A stretch of 64,000 nucleotides of DNA from Methanomicrobia archaeon (GTDB taxonomy: Archaea > Halobacteriota > Bog-38 > Methanoflorentales > Methanoflorentaceae): NCBI GenBank assembly GCA_015660915.1, contig JACTTZ010000005.1, forward strand, positions 29,035-93,034. Reading direction: 5' to 3'. Numbering within the stretch: the first letter of the stretch is position 1; each line of letters starts with the position of its first letter. Below the pieces are notes generated by a model. That model had not been told where the DNA came from. It worked only from the letters and a program-made list of their open reading frames with translations, and did not search any database. Positions 49,574 through 59,113 of this stretch are shown one piece after another. Position numbers and translations under genes: made by a program.

Positions 49574-50503
49574 ATGAACGCTGTAGAAGTCCTCGAAGTG
49601 ACGAAGCGCTATAAGAAAGGCGCCGTTGCGGTTGACGGTGCAAGCTTCACCGTGGAGCAAGGCGCTGCGTTTGGGCTTCTAGGGCCGATCGGCGCCGGGA
49701 AAACGAGCATCATCAACATGTTGCTCAGTTTCATCAAGCCTACCGCCGGAACGATCAAGATATTCGATCGCGAGGTCGCAACGCAGTTTCACGAGGTGCA
49801 AAATAGGATCGGTTACTTGCCTGAACGCCCCGGCTTTTACGGCAACTTCTCCGCGGAAAAGAACCTTAGAATTTTTGCCAGTCTCTCCGGCGTGCGCGAA
49901 GAGCGCGATGAGAGGATCGCGAAGCTCTTTACGATAGCAGGACTAGAGGGCAAGGAGAAAGACCTCGTCCGAGCGTATTCGCTCGGGGACCGAAAGCGAC
50001 TGGGCATTGCCGCGGCAATGCTGAATGAGCCTGAGCTGCTTATCCTCGACGAGCCGAGCACAGGACTTGACCCACAGGGCAGACGCGACATAATGGCGCT
50101 CATTCACGAACTCAACGTCCATGATGTCACCCTGTTTCTCGCGACACACAATGTCAGAGATATCGCCGAAATATGTGACGTACTAGCAACAATACAGTCC
50201 GGCCGCGTTGCCGCGCCAACCACGACAAAGGGTTTTATAGCGACCGTGCGCGGAACGACCGTGCAACTCGAAGCTGACGTCGCCAACATGAACGAACGTG
50301 TCCTCCAAGCCATCAAGTCGGTGAAAGGCGTCAAATCAATCGAGTGCGAACGGCTGAAGATTAGCCTTGACTACAGGCCGGGCATCAACGAGGACGTGAA
50401 CTACATAATTACGCGGGCAGGAGGCCGACTACGCTCAATGCGCGAGTCACCGTCGCTCGAAGAGGCGTACGTACGAATGATGGGGGAAGAGAGGGTTGAG
50501 TGA
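49574..50503 (+). CDS. ABC transporter ATP-binding protein (ABC-2 type)
   Basis: Walker A GPIGAGKTS, signature YSLGDRKRL, Walker B LLILDEPSTGLD. Conserved N-terminus starts at MNAVEVLEV; the track ORF starts 42 nt earlier. Confidence 0.9.
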   Translation: MNAVEVLEVTKRYKKGAVAVDGASFTVEQGAAFGLLGPIGAGKTSIINMLLSFIKPTAGTIKIFDREVATQFHEVQNRIGYLPERPGFYGNFSAEKNLRIFASLSGVREERDERIAKLFTIAGLEGKEKDLVRAYSLGDRKRLGIAAAMLNEPELLILDEPSTGLDPQGRRDIMALIHELNVHDVTLFLATHNVRDIAEICDVLATIQSGRVAAPTTTKGFIATVRGTTVQLEADVANMNERVLQAIKSVKGVKSIECERLKISLDYRPGINEDVNYIITRAGGRLRSMRESPSLEEAYVRMMGEERVE

Positions 50504-51377
50504 GTTTTCGGAGTCCTCCTATGCGTTTCTGACGGTCGCGCAAAAGGAATTTCAGTCCACTATACGGACGAAGCGCTTCCTCGTCTTCGGAATTATCTTC
50601 GTGCTGCTAGCGCTCATCGGCGCGTATTACGGCAATGCTGACCTCGCCCGATCAATTTCGCCAACGAGTGGCGCGCCTAACCCGGCAACCCAGCCGGTCA
50701 ACTACGTGATTAGCGTTGCGTATTCATACAGTCAGGTCATTTTAACAATACTCGCGCTTGCGTTGTCGTATGACGCTCTTACGCGTGAGCGATCAGAAAG
50801 AACGCTTGTACAACTCCTAATGCGACCCATTCGGCGTAGCACAATACTCTTAGGCAAGTTCGTCGCGTATCTTGCCGCTGCTGGGGGGCTGTTCGTCGGG
50901 ATAACGCTCGTGCTCTATATAGGTCTGTCCCTAATCACGCAGAAGTTCCCAAGCTCCAGCGACGTTGGCTACCTGTTCCTCTCTATGGGCATCATACTGC
51001 TGTACGTCATGTCGTTCATAGCGATAGGACTCCTGATCTCAAGTTTGACGCGCACGAGCCTCGACTCGTTGCTGGGCGCTGTCTTCGTCTGGATCCTGCT
51101 GTTAATCTTTACTTATGCAGGTGTCGCGCTCGGATTAGGCGCCATAAACCTGAGCGCTACGTCAGAGATCCCCTATACGGCGTTTCCGGGTTACGCAAAA
51201 ATACTGCTCTGGATCAATCCCGGCAGCCACAACGTCGCTATCCAATCCCTCGCCGGAGACTTCTCGAAGCTAACTTCCGGGCTGAACTATGCAGCGAATG
51301 TCATTTTGCTCGTCGTTTCGATTGTCGTTCCGCTTTTACCGGCTTATTACTTGTTTAAGCGTTCTGACGTTGTCTAA
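50496..51377 (+). CDS. ABC-2 type transporter permease
   Basis: 293 aa; 6 TM helices; TTG start overlapping the ATPase stop by 8 nt. Confidence 0.65.
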   Translation: MSEFSESSYAFLTVAQKEFQSTIRTKRFLVFGIIFVLLALIGAYYGNADLARSISPTSGAPNPATQPVNYVISVAYSYSQVILTILALALSYDALTRERSERTLVQLLMRPIRRSTILLGKFVAYLAAAGGLFVGITLVLYIGLSLITQKFPSSSDVGYLFLSMGIILLYVMSFIAIGLLISSLTRTSLDSLLGAVFVWILLLIFTYAGVALGLGAINLSATSEIPYTAFPGYAKILLWINPGSHNVAIQSLAGDFSKLTSGLNYAANVILLVVSIVVPLLPAYYLFKRSDVV

Positions 51378-51536
51378 GTTTCGAACCTTAAAATGCGGTT
51401 CTTTCCTCGCTATCTCACCAGATCTTTTATGCTTGACTTCCGCCTTTGATCAACATCGATCATTATTTATAAGATAAATCGGGAATATTGGCTATACGTA
51501 AGGAAGACAACCATCACGAAGAGGTGCCAAAAATAG

Positions 51537-52205
51537 ATGAAAAAGCAAATTGGCTTAATAGCATTAACCGCATTACTGGTTTCATTCGTGGCTTTTTCAA
51601 GTGTAGCATCGGCCCAAGCAAGCAACGTGCAGGTGTTATTCTTCGAGTCGCCCATGTGCTCTGTCTGCCAAGAGGTTAAGCCGCTCGTTGAGAGCGCGGC
51701 TGCCCAGACTGGCGCCAAGCTCATAGTATATGACGTAAGCACATCACCTGGATCCGGAATCGCGCAAGCAAATGGCGTTAGTGGAACACCTACGATCGTC
51801 ATTCAAGGGGGGCAGACCCTTACAGGCGCTGTCTCCCAACAACAGATCGTCACAGCAATCAACGCAGCCACAGGCGCGTCTAAGGTTGTAGCTACCCCGA
51901 CTCCAACCGCTACGCCCAAGGTTGTAAAAGCTGCTGCAACTCCAACCGCTACGCCCAAGGTTGTAAAAGCTGCTGCAACTCCAACCGCTACGCCCAAGGT
52001 TGTAAAAGCTGCTGCAACGCCAACTACAACGCCAAAAGCTACAAAAACAGTAACGAAGACAACCGCTCAGCCGGCGATTCAGGTCGTTACAACAACTCAA
52101 ACACCAACTACTTCAACGCAGACAGTGCCAGAGTTCTCGCTACTTGGCCTAGGTGCCCCAGCGTTGGTAGTAGGTGCAATATACCTGTTCTTGAGAAGAC
52201 GATAA
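51537..52205 (+). CDS. Secreted thioredoxin-like protein with tandem TPTATPKVVKAAA repeats and a PEF-CTERM sorting signal
   Basis: Signal peptide; CSVC (CxxC) in a thioredoxin/glutaredoxin-like fold; 3 perfect 13-aa repeats; C-terminus PEFSLLGLGAPALVVGAIYLFLRRR. Confidence 0.65.
   Translation: MKKQIGLIALTALLVSFVAFSSVASAQASNVQVLFFESPMCSVCQEVKPLVESAAAQTGAKLIVYDVSTSPGSGIAQANGVSGTPTIVIQGGQTLTGAVSQQQIVTAINAATGASKVVATPTPTATPKVVKAAATPTATPKVVKAAATPTATPKVVKAAATPTTTPKATKTVTKTTAQPAIQVVTTTQTPTTSTQTVPEFSLLGLGAPALVVGAIYLFLRRR
51900..52016 (+). repeat. Perfect 39-bp tandem repeat x3 inside the PEF-CTERM thioredoxin-like gene
   Basis: actccaaccgctacgcccaaggttgtaaaagctgctgca repeated three times without mismatch. 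Confidence 0.85.
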
Positions 52206-52306
52206 AGAGGGTTATTCATTTAACCCCTTTTTTTATTCAATAACGCCATTCTACAAAGCGGCAGCTTTATTCTGACTTAGAATCTTTTTTAAGCTCAATT
52301 CCTCCA

Positions 52307-52666
52307 GTGGAAACACTGCAGCCAAAAAGAGAAGCTATTTATACTGCGTTCGAAAGAGTCGTCAAGGTAATACCAATAGCGCTCCTTACGAGCACAGGAG
52401 GTAATCTTTTGGAACCGAGGCAAAAGGTGATGATGCTCCTAATCGGAGTTACAGTCATCGCGCTTTCAGTACAAGTGGCAGCTGCGACAACCTACTGTCC
52501 TAACTGCCAAGTTCACTACAGCGACGTTATGACGGTGAATACCCCTGCGTCTACGTCGCAAGATGCCCCAACTCACGCTGGGCTGCTCTCGCTCCTAGAC
52601 CCTTTGACGGCGTTTACGAGCTCGAGTCAAGTGAACATCGCGGCCACGGTGCTACAACTATTGTAG
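52307..52666 (+). CDS. Hypothetical small secreted protein (start probably internal, at MMLLIGV)
   Basis: Signal-peptide-like MMLLIGVTVIALSVQVAAA followed by CPNC. Confidence 0.3.
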   Translation: METLQPKREAIYTAFERVVKVIPIALLTSTGGNLLEPRQKVMMLLIGVTVIALSVQVAAATTYCPNCQVHYSDVMTVNTPASTSQDAPTHAGLLSLLDPLTAFTSSSQVNIAATVLQLL

Positions 52667-52761
52667 TGTCCAAGAGGGTGGCATGCCCGCTCCTCTAATC
52701 TCAGTCGCCAACAAGAGTAGGAGTCTAACAACACAAACGTAAGAGCAGTGAAAGGGCAACA

Positions 52762-53817
52762 ATGGCCATAAAACGCACTATTCTAACGACCGTGGCCGCG
52801 CTCGTCCTAATTGCATTTGTGATTGCACCTGCTCTTGCTCCTTTATCTGACGGACAGACAAGCGCCTCCAGTGTTCAGCTCCTTGCTAGCTTTAAACCTT
52901 CCTCGACCTCAGCGCAAATTAACGAGACGATCAACTTCACGGACCAATCAACCGGGTCAATTACTTCACGTAGCTGGAGCTTCGGCGACGGGGCTTCCTC
53001 GAATGTAATGTCTCCCAGCCATTCCTACGGGGTAGCAGGCAACTACAACGTCACCCTTACGGTTACCGATAGCAACGAGGCGAACAACACGGCCTCTCAA
53101 ATCATCACGGTAACTGCCCCAACTCCAACAGCCTCGCCCAGCCCAACTCCAAACGCTGCTCCGACTCTGTCGCCGACAGCTCCGGTTAGTCCCAGCCCAT
53201 CTCCGACAACGTCCACGTCAACACAGCCTACGGTTACGCCAAATCCTTCAACGTCAGACACGCCAAAGAGCACGACCACTTCTTCTTATTCGGACCCTCC
53301 AGATCCAACTTTGAGCCCCACCACATCTCACGTCTCTAAAGCCGAGCAGTCAAACAACGCCGCCGCAGCACAGACGTTTGAAGCGCCGTGGTTGGCATCG
53401 CCTGCGATAGGCTCAGACCCACAAGGAGCAAACTGCTCAATCTCCGTAGAACTGAGGAACTGCACCACAACGCTCGCGGAGCCAATGAGTACGTCTACCG
53501 CATCGCAGACATCGCTAGTATATGCGCCTACTTGGCTTGCGCCAACGGCATCCTCAAGCGCGTTGGCAGAAGCGGCTACTATGTCAGCGGCAGCATCTGC
53601 GCTACAAGGTGGTTCAGGACCAACCCCTTGCGTCACACCAACGGCTTCTTGTCAAACGTCCCAGAATGGTTCAGCGCCAAATCTGACCTTGCCAGCGGCT
53701 CAAACAAACGGCGCCGCAGGCTTGCCCACGCAGTCCGTGTTCGAATTCTCCGTTCTTGGGTTAGGGGCTCCGACACTTCTCGTCGGATTGCTATACCTCT
53801 TGTTAAGAAGGGTTTAG
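52762..53817 (+). CDS. Secreted PKD-domain protein with Pro/Thr/Ser-rich linker and PEF-CTERM-like (FEF) sorting signal
   Basis: Signal peptide; PKD-like INFTDQSTGSITSRSWSFGDG...YNVTLTVTD; C-terminus FEFSVLGLGAPTLLVGLLYLLLRRV, nearly identical to the C-terminus of the preceding gene. Confidence 0.65.
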   Translation: MAIKRTILTTVAALVLIAFVIAPALAPLSDGQTSASSVQLLASFKPSSTSAQINETINFTDQSTGSITSRSWSFGDGASSNVMSPSHSYGVAGNYNVTLTVTDSNEANNTASQIITVTAPTPTASPSPTPNAAPTLSPTAPVSPSPSPTTSTSTQPTVTPNPSTSDTPKSTTTSSYSDPPDPTLSPTTSHVSKAEQSNNAAAAQTFEAPWLASPAIGSDPQGANCSISVELRNCTTTLAEPMSTSTASQTSLVYAPTWLAPTASSSALAEAATMSAAASALQGGSGPTPCVTPTASCQTSQNGSAPNLTLPAAQTNGAAGLPTQSVFEFSVLGLGAPTLLVGLLYLLLRRV

Positions 53818-54011
53818 CTACCCTGTTTGGTTTGTATAATTACTCTTGGCTCATCGACGGTCCACCAAGGCTACGACTGCCGAGGCTCACGTCTGTCAGA
53901 TCGGCGCTTTCTCTTAAGAGGGCTTCAATCGCTTTAAGGGGCTGCTTGACGTCGTCCGCTGCGCGCTAGTGCTGCGAAAAGACTTTCTAACATCAAGTCT
54001 AATGGGGATCG

Positions 54012-55004
54012 ATGATCAGGGTTGGGATAATAGGCGGATCTGGCTACACAGGCGGGGAATTGCTGAGATTGCTCGTTCAACACCCAGAAGCCGAAGTTAC
54101 TTTGGTCACTTCGCGAGCCCTCGCCGATATCCCGGTCGCCGACGTGCACCGCTATCTCAAAGGGTTTTACGATTTGCGATTTGTGAACGCCGAAGCGAAG
54201 TCGGTTGCAGAAGCAGCTGACGTTGTTTTTCTCGCGGTTCCGCACGGGGCAGCTATGGGACTCGTGCCTGATCTCATCGATAAGGTGCGCATAATCGACC
54301 TCAGTGCAGACTATCGACTCGGCCGACACTACGAGGAGGTCTACGGCCCCCACACGGATCCTCGAGACGCTGTCTACGGCCTGCCGGAGTTGCACCCTGA
54401 AGTAGCTAGTGCACGCCTGTGTGCCAACCCAGGGTGCTATCCTACGGGGGCTATACTAGCCGCAGCGCCTCTGGTCAAAGCAGGATTAGCAGATCATATC
54501 GTATTCGACTCAAAGTCCGGCATTTCAGGCGCAGGAGCCGCCCCCACTGCGACGTCGCACTATCCTAACTTGGCGGAGAACGTCGTGCCTTACCAGCTGA
54601 CCAGACACCGGCACAAAGCCGAAATCGTCCAAGAGCTCGCGCGACTGGGAACCGTGGCCGTAGACTTTACCCCGCACGTCATTCCGTCCATACGAGGCAT
54701 TCTGACGACCGCACACATCTTCGTGAACGAGGACTTAGATAGTGACCAGATTCGATCACTCTACGGCACGTTTTATGCCGAAAGTCCTTTCATTCGGTTC
54801 AACGTGCCCTCACTCGGATCGGTCCGAGGCACCAACTTCTGCGACCTCTTCATTGAACGAGACGACGCGTCGAACCGCGTCGTCGTCGTCTCTGCCATCG
54901 ACAACATGGTCAAGGGCGCATCAGGCCAAGCCATCCAGAATATGAATCTCATGTTCGGCCTCGATGAAACGACAGGGCTCTGGTCCCCTGCACTATCGCT
55001 CTGA
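54012..55004 (+). CDS. argC: N-acetyl-gamma-glutamyl-phosphate reductase
   Basis: GGSGYTGGELLRLL NAD(P) motif, active-site Cys region (PGCYPT). Confidence 0.9.
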   Translation: MIRVGIIGGSGYTGGELLRLLVQHPEAEVTLVTSRALADIPVADVHRYLKGFYDLRFVNAEAKSVAEAADVVFLAVPHGAAMGLVPDLIDKVRIIDLSADYRLGRHYEEVYGPHTDPRDAVYGLPELHPEVASARLCANPGCYPTGAILAAAPLVKAGLADHIVFDSKSGISGAGAAPTATSHYPNLAENVVPYQLTRHRHKAEIVQELARLGTVAVDFTPHVIPSIRGILTTAHIFVNEDLDSDQIRSLYGTFYAESPFIRFNVPSLGSVRGTNFCDLFIERDDASNRVVVVSAIDNMVKGASGQAIQNMNLMFGLDETTGLWSPALSL

Positions 55005-55014
55005 GGTACCACGT

Positions 55015-55488
55015 ATGAAAGTCATAGACATCATGAATCCAAACGTCATTACAGTGAAGCCCGACACGACGGTGCGAGAGTGTATCAAGGTGCTGCGCGA
55101 GAACAAGATAAGCGGCGTGCCGGTAATGACTGACAGAGAGCTCGTCGGCATCGTAACGGAAAACGACATACTCTCCCTGCTCGAAATACCTGAACACACC
55201 GGCTACTGGCTGCCAAGCCCGTTGGAGATCATTGAGGTACCCGTGCGCGAAATCGTTGAGCGTCTCGAACTGAGAGACTCAGTAAGCGAAGATGTCGGCG
55301 AGTGGAGAGTCGACCGCGTCATGAAGAAGCCGGTTCACACGATAAACGGCGACGCCGATATCGAAACTGCCACCGAGCACATGATGAGGCACAAGATCAA
55401 TCGACTTCCTGTCGTTGATGATGCCGGCAAATTGATCGGAATCGTCACGCGCGGCGACGTAATTAAAGGAATTGCTGAGGGCAGTTAA
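55015..55488 (+). CDS. CBS-domain pair protein
   Basis: Two CBS motifs (VITVKPDTTV...ISGVPV and VHTINGDADI...INRLPVVD). The track ORF begins at 54964, inside argC. Confidence 0.8.
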   Translation: MKVIDIMNPNVITVKPDTTVRECIKVLRENKISGVPVMTDRELVGIVTENDILSLLEIPEHTGYWLPSPLEIIEVPVREIVERLELRDSVSEDVGEWRVDRVMKKPVHTINGDADIETATEHMMRHKINRLPVVDDAGKLIGIVTRGDVIKGIAEGS

Positions 55489-56678
55489 TGCACGTCGTGC
55501 AAGGAGGCGTCTGCGCGGTGCGTGGGGTAAAAGCGTGCGGTGTCAAAGAGGACAGAAACGGCGTTGCGCTCATCACTGGTGGCGGACAAGCGGTAGGGGT
55601 ATTCACTACCAATAACGTCACGGCAGCTCCCGTAATTGTCACACGCGAACACCTCGCACTGAATCATGAAATCCTCGCGGTCATCGCAAATAGCGGAAGC
55701 GCGAACGCTTTTACCGGGCCAGAAGGCATAGAAGATGCTAAATGCGTCGCCGAATCGCTCGCGCGACGCTTACATATTAGCGCTTCGCAAGTCGCGGTCG
55801 CCTCAACGGGCATCATAGGCAAACCCCTCAATAAAGACTGGATCGATTCGAAGCTCGAAAACCTTCTGTTAACGTTAGCTGACACAGCAGATGGTAGTCT
55901 TGCAGCAGCAAGAGCAATAATGACCACTGATTCCACACCGAAGCATATTGCTGTCGAATTCGGCGACGTCAGGATAGGCGGCATAGCAAAGGGAGCAGGA
56001 ATGATCGAACCGAAGCTTTGCACGATGCTCGCCTTCGTCTATACTGACGCGCGGCTCAGCGCTGAAACGTTGCAGGTATGTCTCAAGCGGGCAGTCGACA
56101 TTAGCTTTAACATGGTCGTTGTCGACGGTGACACAAGCACCAACGACAGCGTCCTTCTGATATCGACAGGCGAGAGCGCCGCAACCATTGAAATAGATGA
56201 GTTTCAAAACGCGCTGAACTTTGTGTGCGTTACGCTTGCAAAAATGATCGCGCGCGACGGCGAAGGTGCCTCAAAAATGATGGAAGTAACCGTTACAGGG
56301 GCACGAAATCACGAAGATGCAGTGAAGGCGGCTAAGGCTGTGGTGCGATCGCCACTCGTAAAAACCGCGCTTTTTGGGGCAGATCCGAACTGGGGTAGAA
56401 TCGTTGCCGCTGTCGGCTATTCAGAAGCGTTCGTAGACCCCTCACTTATCTCTTTGTCGCTGTCAGATGGAAAAGGCGCGCCCGTTGTGTTGCTCCAAAA
56501 CGGGCTCATATGCACTGCAGAGGCAGGCAAACTTGAGGAGAACGCGCTTGCGGCGATAATGCAAAGCGCTGAGATCTCCATCCAGATCGACTTGGCCGTG
56601 GGTGCTGCATCGGCCACAGCCTGGGGATGCGATCTTACGGACGACTACGTGCATCTTAACGCCCAATATACCACGTGA
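55488..56678 (+). CDS. argJ: Bifunctional ornithine acetyltransferase / N-acetylglutamate synthase
   Basis: Ntn-hydrolase self-cleavage site CTMLAF (ATML motif), GDTSTNDS. ATG overlaps the CBS gene stop (TAATG). Confidence 0.9.
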   Translation: MHVVQGGVCAVRGVKACGVKEDRNGVALITGGGQAVGVFTTNNVTAAPVIVTREHLALNHEILAVIANSGSANAFTGPEGIEDAKCVAESLARRLHISASQVAVASTGIIGKPLNKDWIDSKLENLLLTLADTADGSLAAARAIMTTDSTPKHIAVEFGDVRIGGIAKGAGMIEPKLCTMLAFVYTDARLSAETLQVCLKRAVDISFNMVVVDGDTSTNDSVLLISTGESAATIEIDEFQNALNFVCVTLAKMIARDGEGASKMMEVTVTGARNHEDAVKAAKAVVRSPLVKTALFGADPNWGRIVAAVGYSEAFVDPSLISLSLSDGKGAPVVLLQNGLICTAEAGKLEENALAAIMQSAEISIQIDLAVGAASATAWGCDLTDDYVHLNAQYTT

Positions 56679-56680
56679 CG

Positions 56681-59113
56681 CTAGCCTTCGAGCTGCGACT
56701 TGATCAGGAGAGCTTGACGCGCAACGTCCTTTTTATTCAAAATCGTAGCCATGGCCTCAATAGATTCCATCAAGCGCACTGCTTGATCGAGATAGTTGAG
56801 CACGTCACCAGAATACGCGTGAACGCCAAACTCTGACATCCGTTCAACGATGTCGGCAGGATCAAGTCCGCTCACACGCTGCTCGAGGACCCACCTCGAG
56901 AAGCTCCGCTCAGGACACCCACAAAATGGCGACTCCTTGCAGTCACAATCGACAAAGGCGATTGAAAAAGCAAGGACGCTTTCAAGCGCTTTCTGGTCAA
57001 GATACGTCAGCTCATCGCCGCTTCCTGAAAAGAACATCTCAAGATTTGCCCCGCTGAATACGTTGGGCGATACGTTTACGCCGAGCGCCTGCGCGAAGCG
57101 CTGAACATCGTTAAGGTACACTGTGGTGAAAACGTGGAGTTTGAGTAAAATATCTGACGGAGATTCGCCCTTCTTCACGGACTCGACCATTTGAACCGCT
57201 TCAGCAATAGTGAGGAAATCTCCAGAGACGACGTATCCTAGCTTGGTCGCTCGACCGTCATCGGAAACAAAGCCTAAACGTTTGAGCCGGTTTAGATGAG
57301 CGTTAACATCGTAGCTGGCGAGCATCTTCACAGGCCGACCAAAAGTGAGGTTCGCGAGTGCCTGCTCCGCCTGCGCGTCATCATCGTAAGCGATATCAAC
57401 ACCCTCAATAGAGCTTGAGAGTAATTTGATCGCAATTTGATCCTCCGTCTCGGACCCCCTAAATCTCTTGTCGGGCTCAGCGAGCAGCACCACCTTGCCG
57501 ACGTCGTGATAATCAGGCCTCCCTGCTCGACCGAGCATCTGATAGAACTCTTGCACGGTCAGCCAGTTGATGCCCATCGCTAGGGATTCGAATATGACTT
57601 GCGATGCGGGAAAATCGACGCCTGCCCCGAGTGCCGCGGTAGTTACGACGACGTCGACAGCGCCGTTGGCAAAGTTCGTTTCGACCTTCTTTCTTTCTCT
57701 ATACGCAAGGCCTCCATGATACGGGGCACTCTTTGCAGACAGCGCTTTGGATATCCTGTGACAGCGCGCCCGGGAGTTCGTAAAAACGATCGACTGGCCT
57801 TTGTACCCCTTGCTCGAGGTCCTCTTAATCTCATATCTGACGAGCTTGTTAATAATGGCAAGCTTGTCTTGCTCATTTGCAAAAACGAGGTGCCGTTCGA
57901 TGGGAACCGGGCGCTCTTCGTACTCAACGAGCTCCGCACCGAGCTCACGGGCGAGTACGCGAGGGTTACCAACAGTTGCCGAAAGGTAAATGCGTTGTGA
58001 TCGCGGCGCTAACGTCTTAAGCCGCGAAATGAGCCCGTCAAGGCGACTTCCACGTTCTTCATCTTCCAGCATGTGCACCTCATCGACGACAATTGTCCCG
58101 ATATCGCCGAGGAGCTCAGCATTGTTCGTGCGGAGCACCTGATCGATGCCCTCGTACGTTCCAACAAGAATATCCGCTGAATAATCGGGCTCCACTCGTG
58201 TCCAGTCGCGAGTCCGAATCCTGCTGCCGCCGATCCTTATACTTGCGTTCAGGCCCAGGTTGCGGTAGCGCATATCGAACTCACTGTGCTTCTGATTTGC
58301 TAGGGCGACAAGCGGAACGACGAACAGCAGTTTTCCCTTACCGTTGAGGAGGTTGTTGACGCCTGCTAGCTCCCCGATGAGCGTCTTTCCCGTTGCCGTT
58401 GCGGAGACTACAAGCAGATCCTTGCCCTTAAAAAGCCCTCGCTCCACTGCCATTGATTGGACCGGAAGCAACTCTGATAGACGCTTCTTAAGCAGCTGCT
58501 TCAGCCTATCATCTACGTCGAGCTCATCGATCGCAATGCTCGGATAGCTCTCGACTCGTCTCGAAAGCACGTCATATCGCGTCAATTCAGAATCAACGCC
58601 AGAACCGAGGAAACGGATGACGCGATCGAGATCGCGGACTTTGTTAAGAAGCGCGTAGAAGTGATTATAACGCACAAAGCCCCGAAAACTTAGTTCTCTC
58701 CGCAGTTCGGTTTGGGCGCAGTCCATACAGATGCGCTCCCCGTCGTGGCGAACAAAATTCGAGTTGATCGGCTTGTATCGTCGCTTTCCGATGCAAAATC
58801 CACAGACACGCACCCGGTCGTAGGAAATCTGGTACGCCTCGAACAACGCGATGAGGTCCTCAAGCACCTTCTGCTCGCCTAGCGTGGAGCGGTCACGCTC
58901 CGCAAGCGTCACGTTGTGCTGTCGCAAAATCCCAACGACCTCAGCCGGCCTCTTAGGAACCTCTTTCCCACCCTGGATAATCATAAAGCGCTTCGGCCTC
59001 GGGCCCTTGGAAGTGTCACTGAGCGTCAACGTTGCGTCTAAGGTACACTGTGCGGGCTCAGCCGAAAAAAGCCTGACGTTAAAGCGCTGCACTTGGGCGA
59101 TCAAATGAGCCAT
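56681..59113 (-). CDS. Superfamily-2 DEAD/DEAH helicase with N-terminal zinc-ribbon extension (archaeal ASH-Ski2-like)
   Basis: ~200-aa N-terminal domain with C..C...C..C (CGFCIGKRRY...CMDCA), then Walker A ATGKT, DEVH box and helicase C domain. Confidence 0.7.
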   Translation of the reverse strand: MAHLIAQVQRFNVRLFSAEPAQCTLDATLTLSDTSKGPRPKRFMIIQGGKEVPKRPAEVVGILRQHNVTLAERDRSTLGEQKVLEDLIALFEAYQISYDRVRVCGFCIGKRRYKPINSNFVRHDGERICMDCAQTELRRELSFRGFVRYNHFYALLNKVRDLDRVIRFLGSGVDSELTRYDVLSRRVESYPSIAIDELDVDDRLKQLLKKRLSELLPVQSMAVERGLFKGKDLLVVSATATGKTLIGELAGVNNLLNGKGKLLFVVPLVALANQKHSEFDMRYRNLGLNASIRIGGSRIRTRDWTRVEPDYSADILVGTYEGIDQVLRTNNAELLGDIGTIVVDEVHMLEDEERGSRLDGLISRLKTLAPRSQRIYLSATVGNPRVLARELGAELVEYEERPVPIERHLVFANEQDKLAIINKLVRYEIKRTSSKGYKGQSIVFTNSRARCHRISKALSAKSAPYHGGLAYRERKKVETNFANGAVDVVVTTAALGAGVDFPASQVIFESLAMGINWLTVQEFYQMLGRAGRPDYHDVGKVVLLAEPDKRFRGSETEDQIAIKLLSSSIEGVDIAYDDDAQAEQALANLTFGRPVKMLASYDVNAHLNRLKRLGFVSDDGRATKLGYVVSGDFLTIAEAVQMVESVKKGESPSDILLKLHVFTTVYLNDVQRFAQALGVNVSPNVFSGANLEMFFSGSGDELTYLDQKALESVLAFSIAFVDCDCKESPFCGCPERSFSRWVLEQRVSGLDPADIVERMSEFGVHAYSGDVLNYLDQAVRLMESIEAMATILNKKDVARQALLIKSQLEG

